A stretch of DNA of 64,000 bases from Verrucomicrobiota bacterium. GTDB lineage: Bacteria; Verrucomicrobiota; Verrucomicrobiia; Verrucomicrobiales; DEV007. The DNA lies in contig JASFYY010000004.1 of NCBI GenBank assembly GCA_045046875.1, positions 1-64,000 on the forward strand. The letters run 5' to 3'. Positions 30,901 to 38,260 of the stretch are shown piece after piece (within the stretch, counting starts at the first letter, position 1; every line of letters begins with the position of its first letter). Both the position numbers and the translations under genes were made by a program. The notes under the pieces are model-generated. The model was not told where the DNA came from, ran no database searches, and saw nothing but the letters and a program-made list of their open reading frames with translations.

Positions 30901-31134
30901 TTATGAATTCGGCTGAGAATCGATCCAGTCTCTGATTTTACAGCGGGTCATGTCATACGGGGAAAAAGTGACGGTTACCTCTTTACCGATAGGGGAAAGC
31001 GGGGCTTCGGGGTCGTTGTGGTGCAGTACGGCCAAGGCATGATAACCGTTGTCCATTTCGATTTCGAAAAGGCGGCTGGTTTCGTAGATTTTACGGATAA
31101 CTCCGTTGGCGGTGATGGCGGGACGTTCAGACAT
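30901..31134 (-). CDS. Divergent translation initiation factor IF-1-like (S1/OB-fold) protein
   Basis: 77 aa; FEIEMDNG, G-x-EVTVTFSPYDMTRCKI match the IF-1 pattern, but the SGK/RMR segment is absent. Confidence 0.75.
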   Translation of the reverse strand: MSERPAITANGVIRKIYETSRLFEIEMDNGYHALAVLHHNDPEAPLSPIGKEVTVTFSPYDMTRCKIRDWIDSQPNS

Positions 31135-31150
31135 GACTGGATTTTAATCT

Positions 31151-32233
31151 TTAACCAATATCAATCCAGCGCACAAGTGGAGATAATGGGGCCAGTCCGT
31201 CTTGATGCCAGAATAGGGATGGTTGTTGGGCTTTTCCCAAGGGGCAAATTCGGCTGGCGCCCAAATGAAGTAGGGAGGGGAAGTGTTCTTCTCGAAAAGG
31301 ATGGACGGCTATACTGCTGAGATGTGGGCGTACCAGAAAAAGTGCTTGTGTTAAATCCATGCTTTTTGGCAGCTCTTTGACAAATACCACGCGGTTTAAA
31401 GGTGATACGGCAAATTGCGGTTCTTTTTCATAGATGACCGTCCAATCCGTGCAGCCTTCACTGGTCCAGAGTTTTACGCTGGGGTCATTGGTCTGACGGA
31501 AATCATAGGAATCCCTCAATGCGGTGATGGCGGCATTTTCTGCAGCGGAGAGTTTGCTTCGAGGGCAGTGCTGATTGAAGTGTTGCATCTCTTTTGCCAA
31601 TTCGGAGGCAAATTGGAGAGCATCGGTGTGTTCGCCTGTAGCCACGTATATGTCATGGGGAGACAAGCAGCCTTGTTGGTCGAAAAGCGAAACGTCGCGG
31701 GCGGCTAGCTGGGCGGCATCTTTGTTTTTGTCGTCGAATATCACAGTGAAGCTGATGCGGTGTCCGTGGGCAATGAATATTTGGCCAGGGCGAGTCTGCT
31801 GACGGAAGTGTTGGATGGTTTCGTCACTTCCAAAAACGATCACTGCCTGACTGCTACGCAACCATTCGTCGGGCAGCTCATTATTCACTTCGACGAGTTT
31901 TTTTAAATTTGCCGGTAACGCTTCGATGAAACTTAATAAGTCAGGCAGGTCGGCGGAGGGGAGTTTGACCCGATTGTGGGATCCCAACAGTAGGCCCCGG
32001 ATTAGAGACTGAATGCCCGCCATCGCTGTGTTCCCGGCAATGATGTGAAGAATAGTCCTAGGTGCGAGGGCAAGGCATTGCAGGTCGCCGTGATCTTGTG
32101 GGCTGTCAAGGATCCGGGAGTGGCCGAGCTCTTGTTCAACGAGCGCGAGAAGTTCGTCGCAACTGACTCCGTCGCAGGCTTGACATGCTCCAATCGCTCT
32201 AGCGAGAGCAGAGGCTCTATCAGCAGTAGTCAT
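31151..32233 (-). CDS. LuxC-family acyl-CoA reductase
   Basis: HIIAGN, VIVFGSDETI, HGHRISF, FDQQGCLSP (catalytic Cys), WHQDG. Confidence 0.88.
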   Translation of the reverse strand: MTTADRASALARAIGACQACDGVSCDELLALVEQELGHSRILDSPQDHGDLQCLALAPRTILHIIAGNTAMAGIQSLIRGLLLGSHNRVKLPSADLPDLLSFIEALPANLKKLVEVNNELPDEWLRSSQAVIVFGSDETIQHFRQQTRPGQIFIAHGHRISFTVIFDDKNKDAAQLAARDVSLFDQQGCLSPHDIYVATGEHTDALQFASELAKEMQHFNQHCPRSKLSAAENAAITALRDSYDFRQTNDPSVKLWTSEGCTDWTVIYEKEPQFAVSPLNRVVFVKELPKSMDLTQALFLVRPHLSSIAVHPFREEHFPSLLHLGASRICPLGKAQQPSLFWHQDGLAPLSPLVRWIDIG

Positions 32234-32235
32234 TG

Positions 32236-33450
32236 TTAGCGGATACGTTCTTGAGAGAGCGAGACTCTTTGCACGTCGAATTTTAATCGGATGTGTTTCA
32301 AGTGGGATTCGTCAGCGGCCAGAATAAATCTAACCGGAGTCCATAACATGGGTTTGAGCCGGGTAACAATGGGCACTTTAAAAGCTTTCAGGTTTTTGTT
32401 CCATAGGTTGAAACGCAGGTTGAAGTTCTGTGGGCTTTCATCAGCGGTACGGGTGGGTGGAGTTCCCCCAAACAAACCGCTGAGCTCTGCCCGGGTAATG
32501 GTGTAACCCAGAGGGTTGCCGATTCGGGCATGAATCAACATGCCGCCTTCTTGCCTCTCCGCACTATCGATCGTCATTAGAAAAGATCCGTAAGGGGATT
32601 TCAGCATCAGAGCGGATTTGGAATCTATGCTGGTGATGGCAAATTCGGAGAGTTTCTTTTTTTCACTCAAGTAGGCTCGTTTGACGCTCATCGAGAGCCG
32701 TAGCAATTCAACCGGAGAGCCATTACTGTTTCGAGGTAAGTTGAAAGCGGTTTTGGTCCAATTATTGGGTTGCAATTCAGTGTCGACGGTGACTTGGAAC
32801 GGAGTTAGTGTTTTCTGCCAATCGTCGAGCCTTTGGCTGAACAGTTCATATTGCTCGCCGGGTTTCAATTCCGGAGCGTTGGAGCCAAAATCACCTTTCA
32901 GTTCAAACTGTTGCACCGTCAGACCAATTGTATTGCCTAATTGAATGTGGGTGCGGAACCCTCCGCCGGGGATGGCTTCGAGATCTTCTAGTCTGACTAA
33001 AAAGGTTCCATGGCCGGTTCGGATGGGGGCGTGCCCCTGACTGCCAATCTTGAGGTACGCCAGAGATTCACGCTGTTGTTGGGCTTTGGCGATTTGCGCC
33101 ATACCTTTTTCCACTCGTTTAAAACGTTCGCCTTGTTGCAACACCGCATTGGCCGCTTGTTCTTTGGCGTCCGAGCTTTGCTGTTCGGTGGTCTCAATAC
33201 GGTGAGTGAAATTGTCGGTGCGCTCGCTTTCACTTTGAACGCGGTCTTTCAAATCCCGGAAACTGCTTTTTAATGCCAGCAGTTCTTTTTCCAGCACTTT
33301 GATTTTTTCCGCTTCTTCTTCACATCCGGAGGTGATGAATATAAAGCTGCTGATAACCAGTAATTTAACGCCCCGTTGTAACCTGGGTGATTTCCAGCAC
33401 TGACACAAGTAGGTCACTAAGTTACTGATTCTGGAAACAAAATAAAACAT
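32236..33450 (-). CDS. Hypothetical lipoprotein with coiled coil and two repeated DUF3251/YajI-like domains
   Basis: Lipobox ITSGC; duplicated unit G(T/S)FL...GG...H..(L/I)GN..G.T.....L.G.FG...P...(W)...L..F. Start uncertain. Confidence 0.65.
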   Translation of the reverse strand: MFYFVSRISNLVTYLCQCWKSPRLQRGVKLLVISSFIFITSGCEEEAEKIKVLEKELLALKSSFRDLKDRVQSESERTDNFTHRIETTEQQSSDAKEQAANAVLQQGERFKRVEKGMAQIAKAQQQRESLAYLKIGSQGHAPIRTGHGTFLVRLEDLEAIPGGGFRTHIQLGNTIGLTVQQFELKGDFGSNAPELKPGEQYELFSQRLDDWQKTLTPFQVTVDTELQPNNWTKTAFNLPRNSNGSPVELLRLSMSVKRAYLSEKKKLSEFAITSIDSKSALMLKSPYGSFLMTIDSAERQEGGMLIHARIGNPLGYTITRAELSGLFGGTPPTRTADESPQNFNLRFNLWNKNLKAFKVPIVTRLKPMLWTPVRFILAADESHLKHIRLKFDVQRVSLSQERIR

Positions 33451-33509
33451 GTTGGTGGCAAGGTAGCCGAGCTCTGCATTCGGCTCAATACGCAAATTTA
33501 AAGGAGGTT

Positions 33510-34001
33510 TTAAAAAAAATATCCGAGCAGGGCGATGAAAAACAACCAAATGGCGACATTGAGCAAAGTAACCCCAATGAGGGTGATGATGATGAAGATC
33601 AGTGGCCACCAGGTTCCTTCTGATTGGTCGCCGTGATGGCTTTCCAAAAAATGTTGCATCATCGCGTAGTTGCGTGAATTGGATTTGAAATATGCGGAAA
33701 AGGCATCTCCAAGCAACGGAATGGCTCCGATCACGGCATTCAAAAAAACGTTGCCTGACATTTTAAGCAATAGTTTGAAGGGCAATCCATGTCGGCTGGC
33801 ATCAGCCAGTAGAAAACAAGCGATGATCGAAGGCAATATTTCACCGCCGCCTGGGATCAGGCCAAGGATCGGGTCGAGTCCAATACGAAATTTTGTTCCT
33901 GGAACTCGAATCAGTTCATCTAAAACCCAAGCTATTTTGCGTGAGGCCGGGCTAAGTTTGGATGCCCTGGGCTCAGTAGGTAATGAGGTTTTGTCAGCCA
34001 A
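33510..34001 (-). CDS. DUF4112 domain membrane protein
   Basis: LDELIRVPGTKFRIGLDPILGLIPGGG, GAIPLLGD, FKSNSRN. Confidence 0.9.
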   Translation of the reverse strand: MADKTSLPTEPRASKLSPASRKIAWVLDELIRVPGTKFRIGLDPILGLIPGGGEILPSIIACFLLADASRHGLPFKLLLKMSGNVFLNAVIGAIPLLGDAFSAYFKSNSRNYAMMQHFLESHHGDQSEGTWWPLIFIIITLIGVTLLNVAIWLFFIALLGYFF

Positions 34002-34025
34002 TGCGGGAGTTTGAAAATTAAGGGT

Positions 34026-35777
34026 TCAGGGATTTTTGATCTCCAATAGCATCTGTGCGTTGGAGTTGAACCGTTCGAGAAAGGACAACAAGCGCTGCAT
34101 GGCTTCTTCCGGTTTGTGACCGGAAAGTCCTCGACGAATGATTTGGATTTTCTCCAACATATGGGGCGCAAGCAGCAGTTCTTCGCGTCGGGTACCGGAT
34201 TTATTGATATCCACTGCGGGGTAGATGTAATTCTGGGCGATGTGGCGGTTGAGCACCAGTTCCATGTTGCCAGTCCCTTTGAATTCCTGGAAGATGGCGT
34301 CGTCCATGCGGCTATTGGTTTCGATTAGAGCCGTGGCGACGATGGTCAGCGACCCGGCTTCACGAGTATTGCGGGCTGCCGCAAAAAGTTTGCGCGGGAT
34401 TTCCAATGCACCTACCGAGAGGCCGCCGGAAGCGGTGCCACGTCCTTTGCCTTTGGTGGCATTATTAAAAGCGCGCGCCAGTCGGGTGATGGAATCCAAT
34501 AGAATAAAAACGTGCTTGCCGGCTTCGACCAAACGCTTGGCCCGTTCGATAGCGAGCTGGGCGATGCGGGTGTGATCCTTCACATTCGAATCATTGGAAC
34601 TGGCCATGACTTCGGCACCAGGCAGAGAACGTTGGAAATCGGTGACTTCCTCGGGACGCTCGTCCACCAGCAGAACGATGAGGTGAACCTCGTCTTCGTA
34701 GTTTTCGAGCACCGCTTCGGCGATGTGCTGTAATATAGTGGTCTTGCCGGTTCGTGGAGGAGCAACAATCAGTCCACGCTGACCGCGACCGATGGGAGCC
34801 ATCATGTCAATCACTCGGGTGGTGTAACGATCCGGCCTAGTTTCCAAAGCGTAGCGTTTGCTAGGATTGATCGCGGTGAGCTCTTCGAAATAAGGCAGGT
34901 TATGATAAACTTCCGGCGGGCCTCCGTTGATCTCAAGCAATTCGGTTAATTGGGGTCCTCGATTGCCTTGCTGGGACAGGCATTTGACTTGCACCCCATC
35001 GCGCAAACCGTGAACACGAACGATCTCAGGCGTGATGAACACGTCATTGGGGGACTGCTGATAATTACGATTTTGCTGACGTAGAAAACCAAAGCCTTTA
35101 GGGGAAATTTCTACTAATCCAGTCGCTTCGACCGGAGGTCCGGGATCAATGGGTTCGCGTTGTTTCTGACGAGGTTGGTTTCTTCTCTCGTCGCCATTTT
35201 CTTCATTACGATTGCCGCGTTCATTGCGATCACCACCATTGTTGTTACGGCGCCGGTTGCGGTTGCGTCCGCCACGACCCTTGTTATTCCCTCTACGGTT
35301 CTGGTTTCTGCGTGAGTCATCCCTGGAGTCAGAGCCTCGACGGTTGGAGTGCTGTTTGTTTTGCCCCCGGTCTGAATTGCCCGGCCCTTCGAGAGTGACA
35401 TTGTCCGGTTGGCGATCTTCGACTGGTGAGGCATTTTGTCGTGGCCGGGAATCGTTGTTTGATCGGCGGTTATCCGAATCGTTGTTCGAACGATCACGCG
35501 ATTCTTCACGCGATTCCTCGCGAGCTTGGGTTTTGCCATCGGATGAATCCGGGGTCGCTGCTTTGGCACGCTTACGTTTTGGAGCTTCTGCTTTTGCAGT
35601 CGGAGTTTTAACCTCAGTAGCGCCACGCTCATTGTCACGGCTATCGTCTTTGCGAGGTTTACTGACACGCGGCTTGCTAGCCGTTTTTTTACGCACCTTT
35701 TTAGCCGCGGTGTCCTTAGCCGCTGAAGCGGGTTTTGCCGCAGGGCTGGTAGTAGAATCGGATTGTGATTCGCTCAT
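34026..35777 (-). CDS. rho: Transcription termination factor Rho with long disordered N-terminus
   Basis: GFGFLR, PIGRGQRGLIVAPPRTGKT, DERPEEVTD, LDSITRLARA, EFKGTGNMEL, SGTRREELL. Confidence 0.96.
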   Translation of the reverse strand: MSESQSDSTTSPAAKPASAAKDTAAKKVRKKTASKPRVSKPRKDDSRDNERGATEVKTPTAKAEAPKRKRAKAATPDSSDGKTQAREESREESRDRSNNDSDNRRSNNDSRPRQNASPVEDRQPDNVTLEGPGNSDRGQNKQHSNRRGSDSRDDSRRNQNRRGNNKGRGGRNRNRRRNNNGGDRNERGNRNEENGDERRNQPRQKQREPIDPGPPVEATGLVEISPKGFGFLRQQNRNYQQSPNDVFITPEIVRVHGLRDGVQVKCLSQQGNRGPQLTELLEINGGPPEVYHNLPYFEELTAINPSKRYALETRPDRYTTRVIDMMAPIGRGQRGLIVAPPRTGKTTILQHIAEAVLENYEDEVHLIVLLVDERPEEVTDFQRSLPGAEVMASSNDSNVKDHTRIAQLAIERAKRLVEAGKHVFILLDSITRLARAFNNATKGKGRGTASGGLSVGALEIPRKLFAAARNTREAGSLTIVATALIETNSRMDDAIFQEFKGTGNMELVLNRHIAQNYIYPAVDINKSGTRREELLLAPHMLEKIQIIRRGLSGHKPEEAMQRLLSFLERFNSNAQMLLEIKNP

Positions 35778-35828
35778 GTTGATAGTTGAAATTTACTAAA
35801 AAAAAATGATGGGTGACAGGCCATTGGG

Positions 35829-36578
35829 TCAGATCAGAGCCTCGAGAATGTCGTCAGCTATTTCAAAAGTGCCGAATACGCTGATGGTATCGTCGTAATC
35901 ATCAAGGGCTTCATACAAGCGCAATACCTGGGATGCGATCGATTTGTCAGTGATCTCGATCGGGGTGCTGGGGATGAAAATCAGGCCTTGGGATTTCAAT
36001 TGCAGTCCACCGTTGCGCAATTCTTCGGCCACTGCATTCAATTGATCGGCAGCGGTGAGAATGATGTGTTCGCCATCATCCGTGCTGACGTCGTCAGCAC
36101 CAGCTTCGAGAGCTTTTTCGAAAATTTCCTCTTCTCCGATGAGCTCGGCGTCGATGAGGATTTCTCCCTTTTTATCAAACATGTGGGCCACAGTGCCAGC
36201 AGTGCCCATATTGCCGTTGTTTTTATTAAAAGCACTGCGGATGTCTGCGGCCGAGCGGTTTTTATTGTCAGTGGCCACTTGAACCAGCAAACCTGCTCCG
36301 CCAGCTCCAAAACCTTCGTAGGTGATTTCCTCAATCGTTCCTCCATCGAGGTCACCGGTGCCTTTTTTGATCGCTCGATCAATGTTATCCTTCGGCATTG
36401 ATTGGGATTTGGCGCTATCGATGGCTTGGCGCAGACGAGGGTTCATGTTGGGATCTCCGCCGCCATCGCGTGCGGCGATGGCGATTTCGTGCGCAAACTT
36501 ACTGAAGACTTTGCCCTTTTTGGCATCCTCCTTAGCTTTGATATGCTTAATCTTTGACCACTTGTTGTGTCCTGACAT
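35829..36578 (-). CDS. yebC: YebC/PmpR family protein
   Basis: MSGHNKWSKIKHIK, NPRLR, MPKDNIDRAI, YEGFG, TDNKNR. Confidence 0.95.
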   Translation of the reverse strand: MSGHNKWSKIKHIKAKEDAKKGKVFSKFAHEIAIAARDGGGDPNMNPRLRQAIDSAKSQSMPKDNIDRAIKKGTGDLDGGTIEEITYEGFGAGGAGLLVQVATDNKNRSAADIRSAFNKNNGNMGTAGTVAHMFDKKGEILIDAELIGEEEIFEKALEAGADDVSTDDGEHIILTAADQLNAVAEELRNGGLQLKSQGLIFIPSTPIEITDKSIASQVLRLYEALDDYDDTISVFGTFEIADDILEALI

Positions 36579-36735
36579 CGATCCTGAGCTGTCTGAGTTT
36601 TAATTGATCCGGCTCTTTTAAAAAAAGCCGCCGGCATGTTGAGACTAACAAATACAAATACTTGTAAACGAATGTATGAAATAAATGATTAATGCAGAGA
36701 AGAACCTGAAGTTCTAACTGAACAAGATTATTTCA

Positions 36736-36875
36736 CTTATTGAACGGGGGACTTAGTTTAAAAACTTGACCTTCCGTGCAAGAGCAGTGAAACCCGGTTC
36801 TGAATTTTGAATCAATGACCTGATGGGCACTGTTGGAGTTTCAAGGAGCGAACCGACCCCTGATAGGACAATAAG
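36736..36875. ncRNA. Candidate structured ncRNA (long irregular hairpin; 6S-like candidate)
   Basis: Nested complementary segments CTTATTG/CAATAAG, GGGG/CCCC, CTTGA/TCAAG, AGCAGTG/CACTGTT, CCC/GGG and GGTT/GACC in a gene-free gap of about 400 bp. Strand unresolved. Confidence 0.5.
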
Positions 36876-37018
36876 ACGTTCTATTGCCTATGGTGCAAGC
36901 CTTTTTTGCGTATTTTTTGCTCGCTGCCATTAGCGGCATTTTGCGTGGGTTTCGAGTCAATCGAGCGATGCTGCCGTAGCCATTGGACAAGCGATGCCTG
37001 ATATTGGATACTGAACTC

Positions 37019-37684
37019 ATGAAAAAAACTTATACCGTGAAACGCCTAGGTGGAGAAACCGGGAATTCAAAAAATGAGATCGATTCACCCCTGCCTGCCG
37101 CGTCATGGGCAGGGGCGGAGGTGCTGGCGGATTTCGCCTTTCCTTGGACGGATGCCAAAGCTCCTGAAACCGTGTTTCGCGCTTTGTGGGATGAGCAATA
37201 TTTTTACTTTCGCTATGAAGTTCTGGATTTGGATTTGGTGCTGGGAGAGGGGATTGATTCGATGGAAAAGGTCATGGGCTCCGACCGTGTAGAGATTTTT
37301 TTCACCACATCAGATGATTTGAAACTGTATTATGGCTTGGAAATGGATCCGCGTGGGGAAATCCTGGCTTACGAGACGCGATATCACCGGCAGTTTAATT
37401 GGGACTGGACTTGTCCCGGCCTGCAGGTGTGGCCCAGCTTGCAACTAACGGGTTATGAATTAGAAGGGCGCATTCCCTTACAGACATTCCGGGATTTGGG
37501 CTGCTGGTTCGAAAAAGGCGGACAAGCGTGTTTGAAAGCCGGTTTATTTCGCGCGGAATTCAGTCATGTTGAAAATGCCGGTGCCGTGGATGAAGATTGG
37601 ATTTCCTGGGTCAATCCAGGAGGAGATGTTCCGGATTTTCATGTGCCTGCCGCATTTGGCGAATTGCAGTTTGTAGCAGATTGA
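37019..37684 (+). CDS. CBM9/DOMON-like carbohydrate-binding family protein
   Basis: TVFRALWDEQYFYFRYEV.D, DRVEIF, YYGLEMDPRG, PDFHVPAAFG. Confidence 0.8.
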   Translation: MKKTYTVKRLGGETGNSKNEIDSPLPAASWAGAEVLADFAFPWTDAKAPETVFRALWDEQYFYFRYEVLDLDLVLGEGIDSMEKVMGSDRVEIFFTTSDDLKLYYGLEMDPRGEILAYETRYHRQFNWDWTCPGLQVWPSLQLTGYELEGRIPLQTFRDLGCWFEKGGQACLKAGLFRAEFSHVENAGAVDEDWISWVNPGGDVPDFHVPAAFGELQFVAD

Positions 37685-37744
37685 TCATCGGCTCTATTTT
37701 GGTGAGCATTAAGTGACATTAAGTTTAAATGTATTTGCCCGGCT

Positions 37745-38260
37745 TTACTCACGGTGGCGTTTGATGGCCGCAGTGAGTTCCTGAATTTCCTTTTGTTTGT
37801 CGGCGATTTGTCTATTGTGTTGGGTGAGCATTCCTGGGTTTGTTTGCTCTCCTTTGATTTCTTTTTCCAATAGAGCAATGCTTTTTTGCAGCTGGCTGAT
37901 CCTTTCTAAGCGAGTTTGGATGTAGGGCGGGTTATTTCTGGCAACAGCGGGCACCAGCTTTTCATCGGTTTTTGCCAAAGGCAGTTGCTCGACATATTTC
38001 CTGTCTTTGGGATTTAATTTACTTAGCGGGTATGAGAAGAATTTTGAATCTTTTACGCGGGTAAATTCAACATGTGTAGCGGTACGTCCTGTAATGTTGA
38101 CGGCGATGGGGGATCCGTCTTTGGGATCGCTGAAGGTGCGTGCAATAGGGTATTTTGTATTTTTAGTGCACGCAGAAATGCTAAATAGGAGAGCAATAAA
38201 CATGCATGCGCACAAGTTTTTTTGACGAGAGGGTGAGATTAATGGCTGCATGTTTTTCAT
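37745..38260 (-). CDS. Lipoprotein with SHD1-like domain and C-terminal coiled coil
   Basis: Lipobox ISAC; RTFSDPKDG...VEFTRVKD.KFFSYPLSKLNPKDRKYV; ATG overlaps the upstream stop (ATGA). Confidence 0.7.
   Translation of the reverse strand: MKNMQPLISPSRQKNLCACMFIALLFSISACTKNTKYPIARTFSDPKDGSPIAVNITGRTATHVEFTRVKDSKFFSYPLSKLNPKDRKYVEQLPLAKTDEKLVPAVARNNPPYIQTRLERISQLQKSIALLEKEIKGEQTNPGMLTQHNRQIADKQKEIQELTAAIKRHRE

Noticed and set aside
31151..32233. Bioluminescence (lux) operon
   Set aside because: No luxA/B/D/E in the window; LuxC-like reductases are widespread in non-luminous bacteria.
36746..36860. SRP (4.5S) RNA
   Set aside because: Size and the minus-strand TCAGGTC are suggestive, but the GNRA tetraloop and AGCAG of the conserved helix are absent.
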